DNA of 64,000 nucleotides from a virus. Of the stretch, positions 10,143 to 18,373 are shown in pieces. A program made the position numbers and the translations under genes. The notes below the pieces were generated by a model. That model ran no database searches and was not told where the DNA came from. It saw only the letters and a list, made by a program, of their open reading frames with translations. The DNA lies in IMG/VR virus record IMGVR_UViG_3300032249_000925, positions 35,363 through 99,362 of that record. The stretch is one strand, 5' to 3'. Every line of letters begins with the position of its first letter. Position 1 is the stretch's first letter.

Positions 10143-10370
10143 ATGAATCCCTTTGAATTACGAACAAAATTACTAGAGATGGCCACAGACCATCTTAAAC
10201 GTCAACATGAAATTAACTGCGACTTTGCCAAAGAAAGTTTTTCGCAGATGATTAAAACTGGTCAAGCTATTCAACAAGACTATCAAAAGTATATGCCTAA
10301 AATGTATACTTTTGAAGATGTGGTTAGCGAAGCACAAAAGCTATACGGGTTTGTCAATAATGCTAAGTAA
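10143..10370 (+). CDS. Conserved hypothetical phage protein
   Basis: NPFELRTKLLEMA...AQKLYGFV pattern; AAGGA RBS. Confidence 0.7.
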   Translation: MNPFELRTKLLEMATDHLKRQHEINCDFAKESFSQMIKTGQAIQQDYQKYMPKMYTFEDVVSEAQKLYGFVNNAK

Positions 10371-10530
10371 ATTGTGGCATAACCTACAGCAGCTATTTAA
10401 ACCTTATGATCTTGACGATTATATCCGTGATTGTGACCCTAAAGACATTATGGAGCTAGAAGCTCGTATGCGTAACTGGGAACGCTACCAGCACGGCATG
10501 GATTTTCGTAACAGCTATTGAGATAATACA

Positions 10531-10665
10531 ATGAATAAATATGAATGTGAAGTTTGTGGCAATGTGCATGACGAAGCAGTAGACGGCAAGTGGGACGAGT
10601 TACCACAGTTCTACTTGTGCCCTGAATGTGGATGCCACAAAGACGAATACTTTTTAGTAGAGTAA
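10531..10665 (+). CDS. Rubredoxin (44 aa)
   Basis: Translated by hand: MNKYECEVCGNVHDEAVDGKWDELPQFYLCPECGCHKDEYFLVE; two CxxCG knuckles plus W-x-x-LP; absent from the ORF track. Confidence 0.9.
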   Translation: MNKYECEVCGNVHDEAVDGKWDELPQFYLCPECGCHKDEYFLVE

Positions 10666-10666
10666 T

Positions 10667-10702
10667 AAAAGCCGCAAGTTAACCGCTTGCGGCTTTTATT
10701 TT
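10667..10702 (+). terminator. Rho-independent terminator
   Basis: GCCGCAAG/CTTGCGGC stem flanked by A and T tracts. Confidence 0.85.
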
Positions 10703-10819
10703 GACTATTTAATTTATAACTAGTAATGTGACAAGTTTTGTCGTATAGAAATAAAATTATAATTTTTAAGAAAATATTCGCACAAAAACACGTATAATTT
10801 TGGTAAAAAAATTAAGACA

Positions 10820-10848
10820 TTGACTTTTAATGCTCAACACTGTATAAT
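10820..10848 (+). promoter_or_regulatory. sigma70-type promoter of the Gly-rich/collagen operon
   Basis: TTGACT-17 bp-TATAAT. Confidence 0.8.
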
Positions 10849-10964
10849 ATTAAAAGTTACAAAAATAATAACTAACTAGCATAGTTGGTTAAACACCAGA
10901 TAATACTTGTTAGTATTATCTATTATTATAAACCCTAAAAAATAATAATAACAAGGGGAATATT

Positions 10965-11729
10965 ATGGCAGAAGTTTTAAGCCCAGGTGGCATGATGATG
11001 GCTGGCGGAGACGGCGGTCTTGGTTTTGGTAGTGGTGGTGGTTTAATTGGTGGTCTTATTCTTGGCAGCCTACTACGTAACAATGGCAATCTACTTGGCA
11101 ACGACGGCGCAGCTGCAGGTGGTGCAGTATTACGTAGCCCTCCAGAACAAGTAACAGCAAATATGTCACTAATGCAAAGCATTGGTCAAGTTGACAAAGC
11201 AGTAGCTGTTAGTACAGCTGCAATGGAAGCTAGTCAAGCTAATCAAAGTATTGGCCTTACTAATCAATTTAATAGCGTAACAGGTTCATTAGCAACTCGT
11301 GTTGAAGGTGTTAAAGATACAGTTAACAGTAATAGTGTTGCACTAATGCAGCAACTTAACACAGTTAACACAAATCTGTTAACTGGTTTTAATCAAACAC
11401 AACAAGTTGTTCAAAATGATGGTGATAAAACTCGTGCACTAATTACTGCACAGTACGAAGCTACACTTAATCGTCAGCTTTCAGACGCTAATGCAGCAGT
11501 TATTGCGCTACAAAATCGTTTTGAAAATGCTGAACGTGCACGCGGTATTGAAGTTAATACAACTACTACCGTTAATCAAATGCAGCAACAAACTCAACAG
11601 CAACAACAATATGGCCATTTAGCAAATCTAATTTACGGATTAGGTCAAAACATTACTAACGGCGCAATTAACGTTGGTAGCGGAACACTTACCGCCAACC
11701 CAACTAACACAAATACAAGCATTCGGTAA
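10965..11729 (+). CDS. Glycine-zipper / coiled-coil / Gln-Asn-rich protein of unknown function
   Basis: GGGLIGGLILGSLL segment, helical middle, QQQTQQQQQ tract; no Cys or Trp; AAGGGG RBS. Confidence 0.8.
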   Translation: MAEVLSPGGMMMAGGDGGLGFGSGGGLIGGLILGSLLRNNGNLLGNDGAAAGGAVLRSPPEQVTANMSLMQSIGQVDKAVAVSTAAMEASQANQSIGLTNQFNSVTGSLATRVEGVKDTVNSNSVALMQQLNTVNTNLLTGFNQTQQVVQNDGDKTRALITAQYEATLNRQLSDANAAVIALQNRFENAERARGIEVNTTTTVNQMQQQTQQQQQYGHLANLIYGLGQNITNGAINVGSGTLTANPTNTNTSIR

Positions 11730-11746
11730 TCCTGAAGCAAGTAAAC

Positions 11747-11780
11747 AGCCCCTTCAGTCAAAAGCTTTAGGGGCTTTTTT
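11747..11780 (+). terminator. Terminator/attenuator within the operon
   Basis: AGCCCCT/AGGGGCT stem plus T tract. Confidence 0.7.
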
Positions 11781-11794
11781 ATAAGGATTACAAA

Positions 11795-12292
11795 ATGGCT
11801 CAACAGCAACAACAACGACAAGGAATGCCTTTTGGTTTTCCTATGACTCCTTATATAGCACCAGGAGCCCCAATTATACCGCCTTGGTGCCCTCCGCCTT
11901 TTCCAGATCATGATCTATTTATTAGATATAATCCACCTGGACCTCCCGGCCCGCCCGGACCCGAAGGCCCGCCAGGCCCGCCTGGACCACAGGGTCCCCC
12001 TGGTTCGCTGGCAAACTTGCCGGTTACCTTAGTAGATTCGGCAACTTATGCTGCTAGTAATGATGACTACTTTATTGGAGTAATTTTTGATGGCAGCACT
12101 ACAATTACTTTGCCCGTTGGTACTCTTGGTAAAATATTTATTATCAAGGATAGCACGGGCGATGCACTGGCTAATCCAATTACGGTGGTTGCGCTTGCTA
12201 GTACCATTGATGGTGCGGCAAACTACATAATTGATTCGCCTTGGGGCTCCATTGGCCTTATATACAATGGAATTGAATGGAACGTAACTTAA
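11795..12292 (+). CDS. Collagen-like protein with C-terminal beta-rich domain
   Basis: About eight G-P-X triplets followed by TITLP..GKIFIIKD..NPITV..IDG..YNGIEW. Confidence 0.85.
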   Translation: MAQQQQQRQGMPFGFPMTPYIAPGAPIIPPWCPPPFPDHDLFIRYNPPGPPGPPGPEGPPGPPGPQGPPGSLANLPVTLVDSATYAASNDDYFIGVIFDGSTTITLPVGTLGKIFIIKDSTGDALANPITVVALASTIDGAANYIIDSPWGSIGLIYNGIEWNVT

Positions 12293-12317
12293 CAGCCTGA
12301 TAAAAAGGAATAATAAA

Positions 12318-12722
12318 ATGGCTTTTAATTCTCCCTTAGCTTCACCCACCAGTTATGGTGTGGTTGAAATCGGTACCGGTATTTCAGTAACCAACGGTGT
12401 GATCTCGGTCGCGCCAAATGGTCAAGTAAATACTTTTCTTGTCAACAACGCAGCTAGTCCATATACACTAGACAGTGCAGGCACTACACCTAACTACTAT
12501 CTTGGAGTTGTAGGAACTGGTGCTGCTATTACTATCAACCTTACAGCCGGAGTAGATGGCCGTGAAGTTGTAATTAAATCTGAAGCTACTAATACTAGTG
12601 ACATTACAATTGTGCCTAACGGTGCAGAAACAATTGAAAATGCTGCTACATACCCAATCTTAGCTGTTACCGATGGTAGTGTAACGCTAGTTTTCCGTGG
12701 ATCAAACTGGAACGCAGTTTAA
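12318..12722 (+). CDS. Fibre-like protein, paralogous C-terminal beta domain
   Basis: YGVVEIGTGISV repeat unit followed by TINL..GREVVIK..ITIV..FRGSNW. Confidence 0.75.
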   Translation: MAFNSPLASPTSYGVVEIGTGISVTNGVISVAPNGQVNTFLVNNAASPYTLDSAGTTPNYYLGVVGTGAAITINLTAGVDGREVVIKSEATNTSDITIVPNGAETIENAATYPILAVTDGSVTLVFRGSNWNAV

Positions 12723-12738
12723 TTAACCGGGGGTTAGT

Positions 12739-13212
12739 ATGAGTTATACCAGACCCCCAGCATCTACCCTTGCAGGTGTTGCCTTAAAGCAGACACCTGC
12801 TCCCAGTACTCAGGCCTTAGTTCCTGTAGTATTAGATGCTGAAATTGCTACTGCTGGGCAACTTGGTGTTGTACAAGTAGGCAGTGGTTTATCAATTACT
12901 CCGCAAGGAGTATTAAGTGCTACGACTAGTAGCAGCTTATTTGCAGTAAAAATAGTTTCTGCAAATTACATGGTAGTTGCTAATGACTATTATATTGGCG
13001 CTATTAAAAAAGATATTACCATAACACTTCCCCTAGGTGTAACTGGTAAAGTATATGTAGTAAAAAACGAAGAAAATGGCGAAATTACCGTAACTGGTAG
13101 TGCTGGCCAAAAAATAGACGGCAGTGTTTCTGAAAAATTAAGTACCAATAAATCACTAATGGTTATATTTAATGGTACTGAGTGGCAATCTATTGCCAAA
13201 AATAATAGTTAA
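12739..13212 (+). CDS. Fibre-like protein, paralogous C-terminal beta domain
   Basis: LGVVQVGSGLSITPQGVLS unit followed by TITLP..GKVYVVKN..ITV..IDG..FNGTEW. Confidence 0.75.
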   Translation: MSYTRPPASTLAGVALKQTPAPSTQALVPVVLDAEIATAGQLGVVQVGSGLSITPQGVLSATTSSSLFAVKIVSANYMVVANDYYIGAIKKDITITLPLGVTGKVYVVKNEENGEITVTGSAGQKIDGSVSEKLSTNKSLMVIFNGTEWQSIAKNNS

Positions 13213-13232
13213 CCCTTTAACCTTAAATTAAA

Positions 13233-13424
13233 ATGTTTACCAACGATATTTCTAGCCTAACAGTTAATCAAATTAGCGCAGTTGAAAGCGCAGTTGAATC
13301 CCTAGACGACTTAATTGAATCTACTACCACTTTTGTTAAACAAGGTGGTCAAAGTTACAGAACTTTTTTAGAAGATCGCAAACAAGTAATTGCAAAAATC
13401 TTTAATTTACCAAACTGCAAATAG
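13233..13424 (+). CDS. Hypothetical protein
   Basis: Last ORF of the operon. Confidence 0.55.
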   Translation: MFTNDISSLTVNQISAVESAVESLDDLIESTTTFVKQGGQSYRTFLEDRKQVIAKIFNLPNCK

Positions 13425-13439
13425 ACAAAAATTTTCAAC

Positions 13440-13468
13440 TTGAAATTTGCTAATGATTAGGGTATAAT
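13440..13468 (+). promoter_or_regulatory. sigma70-type promoter
   Basis: TTGAAA-17 bp-TATAAT. Confidence 0.75.
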
Positions 13469-13503
13469 ACTTATTCTATGGGAAATTTTAACACAGCAAA
13501 ACT

Positions 13504-13719
13504 ATGCAAAAACCAAACCGCTTTGATTTTGAGCAACAAATGATGGATTGCTGGGGTGTAGTAGATGACATTAAAACCATCTACTATCTCCAAGACTTGC
13601 GAGATAGTACAGAAGACGAAATGCAGAATTTACTGCTAGGTTTGTTTACAATGTATCAGGTCAAGTTTGAAATTTTGCAAAAAATGTTTGAGGACTTGGT
13701 TCACAGCAAACAGTTGTAA
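13504..13719 (+). CDS. Conserved hypothetical phage protein
   Basis: RFDFEQQMMDCWGVVDDI pattern. Confidence 0.65.
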   Translation: MQKPNRFDFEQQMMDCWGVVDDIKTIYYLQDLRDSTEDEMQNLLLGLFTMYQVKFEILQKMFEDLVHSKQL

Positions 13720-13790
13720 ACGGGTAGCTACTTGGCAATACTGTCAAGTAGCACCATACCAAAGCCTAGTTTATCTGGGCTTTGGTATGG

Positions 13791-14084
13791 TTGTATGAAA
13801 CAAGCCGAAAGGCGCGCTGGACGTGGGTTCGACTCCCACCTGGTCCACCAAAAGCACATATAGTTGTCCTAGATGAAAGAAACCTCTGAGGGCTCTAGCG
13901 GGGATTATTGTGTGCTTCTGATGGGCCAGTCATGGTTTCGACAGTGTGATAAGTATGCAAGTGGACAACTCGGTAGGCGATCTCCGCAAAAGAAGCAAAC
14001 TATATAAATGCCAACGATGAGGTATTTGCTCTAGCCGCTTAAGCTAGTGCCGAGGTATGCCCCCGCCTTGTAACCAAGGGGGGC
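13791..14084 (+). ncRNA. ssrA: Circularly permuted (two-piece) tmRNA
   Basis: Acceptor piece with T-arm GTGGGTTCGACTCCCAC and CTGGTCCACCA ends at 13850; hairpin intervening segment 13851-13922; coding piece starts GGGCCAG..GGTTTCGAC at 13923; G3-U70 pair; tag ORF 14010-14042 = ANDEVFALAA-stop. Outer boundaries approximate. Confidence 0.93.
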
Positions 14085-14089
14085 TTTTT
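14059..14089 (+). terminator. Terminator at the tmRNA coding-piece 3' end
   Basis: GCCCCC(G)CCTTG/CAAGGGGGGC stem plus T tract. Confidence 0.75.
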
Positions 14090-14103
14090 ATCGGATAAAT
14101 CTT

Positions 14104-14736
14104 ATGGCTAACAAAAAACTTGATAGTGATGATTTTATGCTGGACACAGGTCTTAGCCGAGGATTTCGTAAATCTGGTTCTGCTATCTACGAGTTCTACC
14201 TAAGTGGAACTATTACAGGACCTGAAGACTATATTGAGTGGTTTAACACTATTCGTAGTGCAGGACCACAAGACGAAGTAAAAATTTATATTAACAGCAG
14301 CGGCGGCGATTTAAATTGTGCACTACAATTTATGCGTGTACTTAGTGAAACACAGGCCACTGTTATTTGTAGTGTTGAAGGCAGTTGCATGAGTGCTGCT
14401 ACAATGATCTTTTTATGTGCTGATGTATTTGAGGTTACTCCACACAGTTTATTTATGTTTCATAACTACAGCGGCGGCATTTTTGGCAAAGGCGGCGAGA
14501 TCTATGATCAAGCTGTTTTTGAACGTGAGTGGTCTAAGCAGTTTTTACAGCATATTTACAAAAATTTCTTAACCAGCAAAGAAATTGATAGTTTACTAGA
14601 AAACAAAGACTTGTGGCTACACAGCGAAGAAGTAAGTAATCGTGTAGAAAAATTGTGTGAAGCTAGAACTAAGGAACAAGAAGATGCTCGTAACGCCCTG
14701 TCAGGGGATTTGCAAGATGAATCCAACAACGAATAA
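14104..14736 (+). CDS. clpP: ClpP-like serine protease
   Basis: FYLSGTI, IYINSSGG, GSCMSAATMIF (catalytic Ser), FMFH (catalytic His). Confidence 0.88.
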   Translation: MANKKLDSDDFMLDTGLSRGFRKSGSAIYEFYLSGTITGPEDYIEWFNTIRSAGPQDEVKIYINSSGGDLNCALQFMRVLSETQATVICSVEGSCMSAATMIFLCADVFEVTPHSLFMFHNYSGGIFGKGGEIYDQAVFEREWSKQFLQHIYKNFLTSKEIDSLLENKDLWLHSEEVSNRVEKLCEARTKEQEDARNALSGDLQDESNNE

Positions 14737-14866
14737 GTGTATTGGGTGTTTTAGAACACTAGAAGAAATTACTGACTGGACTAGTTATACAGAACAACAA
14801 AGATTGGATGTAATGCAAAGGTTGTATTATGAAAACGATTTTGTCTTTGTTCGACTACAGCGGTAA
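14684..14866 (+). CDS. DUF1289-family small Cys protein
   Basis: TPCQGICK...CIGCFRTLEEITDW; probable start ATG 14684 with AAGGA RBS. Confidence 0.85.
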   Translation: MLVTPCQGICKMNPTTNKCIGCFRTLEEITDWTSYTEQQRLDVMQRLYYENDFVFVRLQR

Positions 14867-15392
14867 TTGGCCTAAGTACTACCGCGAAGCTGGTTACAAT
14901 GTACTACAAGTAGATATTAAACATGATATTGATATTCTAGAGCTACAACCCGAGGATTTGCCTAAAGAAATTTATGGTATTTTAGCAGCTCCGCCTTGCA
15001 CAGACTTTGCTGGCAGTGGCGCACAATATTGGAAACAAAAAGATCTAGACGGCAGAACTGATCAAAGCTTAAAGCTAGTAGACAAAGTTTTGCGAATGGT
15101 AGACTACTATAATCCACAATTCTGGGCACTAGAAAATCCAGTTGGCAGACTACAAAAACTGCGTCCTGAATTGGGCGATCCCTGGTATTTTCAGCCACAC
15201 TGGTTTGGAGATGCCTATACCAAGAAAACTGGATTATGGGGCAAGTTTAACCGTGACTTGCCTAAGTCTCCGGTAGAGCCTGACCCTAATTCGTGGATAA
15301 TGAAACTGGGGGGCAAATCGGAACGAACTAAAGAATTACGATCAATGACACCGCTGGGATTTGCTTTTGCATTTTTCCTAGCTAATCCATAG
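14829..15392 (+). CDS. Short C5-cytosine DNA methyltransferase-like protein
   Basis: LSLFDYSG (motif I variant), AAPPCTDF (motif IV), LENP (motif VI); no obvious target-recognition domain. Confidence 0.75.
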   Translation: MKTILSLFDYSGNWPKYYREAGYNVLQVDIKHDIDILELQPEDLPKEIYGILAAPPCTDFAGSGAQYWKQKDLDGRTDQSLKLVDKVLRMVDYYNPQFWALENPVGRLQKLRPELGDPWYFQPHWFGDAYTKKTGLWGKFNRDLPKSPVEPDPNSWIMKLGGKSERTKELRSMTPLGFAFAFFLANP

Positions 15393-15400
15393 AGGTTAAT

Positions 15401-15994
15401 ATGGCGGAAACTTATACGCCCACAACGGGCATGGCAACAGCAGCTAAGCGTGCGCTTAAATGGCGTGAAGAAGGCTATCCTGGTGGCACACTAGTAGGCC
15501 TAGCCAGAGCTAATCAACTTAAAAATCGTGAACCACTAAGCGCTAGTGTTGTGCTTAGAATGCATAGTTTTTTTAGCAGACACGAAGTAGATAAGCGCGC
15601 AACTGGTTTTAATAGCGGCGAAGAGGGCTTTCCTAGCAAAGGTAGAGTAGCTTGGGATTTATGGGGCGGCGATGGCGGCCAGACCTGGGCAGAGGCTAAA
15701 CGCAATCAGATTATGCGTGATCGTGAAGGCAAAGCAATAAAATTAGTTAAGATTAGTACAAAATCTACTATGCCACAGTATATGTTAGATGTAGTAGCAC
15801 AGTATTTAGAAGACTATGCAAATGAAAATATTAGTGAAAGCCTAGAAGCATTTGGTCAATTTATGTATCATGCTGAATTACTTAGAAATTGTCACTTAGA
15901 TATTTACTTACTAGACCTACACATGGTTGAACAACCATATCGTGATATATTAGTAAATGTATTTATGGAACTAGAAAGCAAATACGACGATTAA
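15401..15994 (+). CDS. Conserved phage protein of unknown function
   Basis: GGTLVGLARANQL, RMHSFFSRHEVDK, GRVAWDLWGGD motif, recalled from phage head-associated proteins. Confidence 0.65.
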   Translation: MAETYTPTTGMATAAKRALKWREEGYPGGTLVGLARANQLKNREPLSASVVLRMHSFFSRHEVDKRATGFNSGEEGFPSKGRVAWDLWGGDGGQTWAEAKRNQIMRDREGKAIKLVKISTKSTMPQYMLDVVAQYLEDYANENISESLEAFGQFMYHAELLRNCHLDIYLLDLHMVEQPYRDILVNVFMELESKYDD

Positions 15995-16043
15995 GTTTGT
16001 GTCCCCGTGTGTGCTTGTAGCACTATCGGGGACTTTTTATTTA

Positions 16044-16120
<77 letters not shown>

Positions 16121-16124
16121 GAAA

Positions 16125-16200
16125 CTGCCCATAGCTCAGTGGATAGAGCAACAGCCTTCTAAGCTGTTGGTCGAAGGTTCGATTCCTTCTGGGCAGGCCA
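16125..16200 (+). tRNA. tRNA-Arg(TCT)
   Basis: Cloverleaf, loop CTTCTAA, encoded CCA. Confidence 0.95.
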
Positions 16201-16206
16201 AACAAT

Positions 16207-16281
16207 TCCTTAGTAGCTCAGCGGTAGAGCAGCAGACTGTTAATCTGTTGGTCCGTGGTTCGATCCCACGCTGGGGAGCCA
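16207..16281 (+). tRNA. tRNA-Asn(GTT)
   Basis: Cloverleaf, loop CTGTTAA, encoded CCA. Confidence 0.95.
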
Positions 16282-16288
16282 AATTTAT

Positions 16289-16362
16289 GCCGGTGTAGTA
16301 TAATGGCAGTGCGGCGGTCTCCAAAACCGCTAGTGGTGGTTCGATTCCATCCACCGGTGCCA
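16289..16362 (+). tRNA. tRNA-Trp(CCA)
   Basis: Cloverleaf, loop CTCCAAA, encoded CCA. Confidence 0.95.
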
Positions 16363-16391
16363 ATTGCCTTGCCACCACAAAAATTATTTTC

Positions 16392-16420
16392 TTGAAAATA
16401 ATAGTTAACTTTGCTATAAT
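16392..16420 (+). promoter_or_regulatory. sigma70-type promoter
   Basis: TTGAAA-17 bp-TATAAT. Confidence 0.75.
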
Positions 16421-16459
16421 ATTTGTTCTCGGAAATTATTTTTAAAAAGGACCAAGCAC

Positions 16460-17621
16460 ATGAAAATTTATTTTGGATCGCAAGAAAAAGATGTAGTACT
16501 TGATACTGATGGTATGTTTTACACTGAAGCTGAACCAGACTTCTACTTTTACTACGGCCTAGAATTTGGAACTAATCCTGGCGGTACTAATGAAGTAATG
16601 ATTTTTGATGGTTGTGAGCGTGCCGTTCCTGTAGACATTGAGTCTGTTCCTGCATTAATTGAAGCTCTTCAGCGCTGTTATGATATGCATCAACAGATTG
16701 AGCATGCTGAACAGCTAAAACTTAATATAGAAGACGACAACTACGAAACCGCTATCGTTTTTGATGACGAATAATCCTATTAAAGAATTGTTATTTGAAT
16801 TAGGTACTAGTAGTCAAGAAATTACTCTTGACTACTTACACAAAGTTAATAAGCTGTTGCTAAACCACGGTGTTGATCTTAAAACTTATGGTCATATATT
16901 TAACTTTTTAGAGTACTTAGAAGAAAATAATTGTGTTAAAATACACAAAGATAATAACAAAGACGTTTTTGTATTAACAGGACTACATAACTATGGCAAA
17001 AACATCTAGTAAAGGCAAACAAGCCTGCTACGACCTTTATAAAAGTAAACAAACTTGGAAACACAATCGTGAACGCAAACTACTGCGTGCACTACAAAAA
17101 AATCCTGGTAATAGCAAACAAATTGAAGCTGCTATAAAAAACATTACATATAGGCGTAAAACACCCAACTCCACAATCTGGAATAAAACTAGAATTCGTG
17201 AAGCACAACTAATACGACAAGTATGCGGCAGTTGTCCACATGATATATTTAGTAGTAATTCTAAAATTGCAGATTCTACACTAGCAAGTTTAAGAACTAA
17301 CTTTAACCCTAAAGCGTTGCAAGCGCAAACAGTTAGTTTTAAGCTAGGGGATAGAGCCATATGGAAACTGTAACCCTATACCTAATCTTTTGTATAACCA
17401 CTTCGATTTGTTGTTTATATGAAATAATTTGGCCCGCTATGCGGGGCGCTAAACAAGAAGGCATTGTAAATCCATTTACTGAACAACCACTACTAAGTTC
17501 AATAGTATTTTTTATAATTAATGCGTTGTTTGCACCTATAATTATTTTTGTACTATTTGTTCCTAAAATGTTTGAACAAGCCAGCTTAGGAATCAACAAA
17601 GCAATTAGAGAAGCCAAATAA
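16460..17621 (+). CDS. Four overlapping hypothetical ORFs (16460-16774, 16761-17009, 16993-17373, and 17361-17621, a membrane protein)
   Basis: Translationally coupled ORFs; the last has two hydrophobic segments. Confidence 0.65.
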
Positions 17622-17626
17622 CACAC

Positions 17627-17655
17627 TTGAATTTGCAATCAATTGTTGATATAAT
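17627..17655 (+). promoter_or_regulatory. sigma70-type promoter
   Basis: TTGAAT-17 bp-TATAAT. Confidence 0.75.
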
Positions 17656-17684
17656 ATTATTTCTGTTGCAATAAAGGATTTAAG

Positions 17685-17957
17685 ATGAAACTTATGCAAT
17701 TTATGTACACAAAAACCAATGGTGATAAAAGTGATCGCGCTATTGTTGTTACACAAGAGCCTACTCACCTAATTGCTGGCTTTGATGTTAGTGAGTTGCC
17801 TGAAATAGAATTTGAAGTATTTACTCGTGAAATGCGCGAACTAAAAAATCGTCAACATGAAGAAATGCTAGAACTTGTAGCAAAGCACGATCTAAAGCAC
17901 AACTATCGTCAGTTTACTCCAAGTAAAATGACTAATGTAACTACTGAACTTATTTAA
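17685..17957 (+). CDS. Hypothetical T5-like protein
   Basis: AAGGA RBS; position upstream of the D3-like gene. Confidence 0.65.
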   Translation: MKLMQFMYTKTNGDKSDRAIVVTQEPTHLIAGFDVSELPEIEFEVFTREMRELKNRQHEEMLELVAKHDLKHNYRQFTPSKMTNVTTELI

Positions 17958-17966
17958 GGAAATATT

Positions 17967-18329
17967 ATGACACAATGGAATGACGAACTCAAAGCTAATG
18001 TAATTAAAATGTATCAAGACGCAGAGCCAACGCCTGAGTCTAGTACTGAAATTATCAAAGACATTGCCGAAGAAATTGAAGCCTCGCCTAACGGCGTTCG
18101 TATGGTACTAGTTCAAGCCGGTGTTTATGTTAAAAAAGATGCAACAGCCGCTAAGCCTAGTGGTGATAAAAAAGCTGCTGGTGATGCACCTAAACGTGTA
18201 AGCAAAGAATCCTCAATTGCTGATCTCAAAGCTGCAATTGAAGCTAAAGGTGCTCCGGTTGATGACGACATTCTTGGCAAACTGACTGGCAAAGCAGCAG
18301 TGTACTTTTTGAGTGTGCTTAAAGCATAA
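17967..18329 (+). CDS. T5 D3-like DNA-binding protein
   Basis: SPNGVRMVLVQAGVYVKK and KLTGKAAVYF motifs; T5 synteny. Confidence 0.7.
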   Translation: MTQWNDELKANVIKMYQDAEPTPESSTEIIKDIAEEIEASPNGVRMVLVQAGVYVKKDATAAKPSGDKKAAGDAPKRVSKESSIADLKAAIEAKGAPVDDDILGKLTGKAAVYFLSVLKA

Positions 18330-18333
18330 AAAT

Positions 18334-18355
18334 AGGCAGCCTAGTGCTGCCTTTT
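18334..18355 (+). terminator. Rho-independent terminator
   Basis: AGGCAGC/GCTGCCT stem plus T tract. Confidence 0.7.
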
Positions 18356-18373
18356 GTTATTTAAGGATGTATT

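Noticed and set aside
13819-13850. Apparent tRNA fragment or attachment-site remnant
   Set aside because: Explained as the acceptor piece of the permuted tmRNA
16136-16378. 80-aa minus-strand ORF
   Set aside because: Antisense shadow of the tRNA cluster
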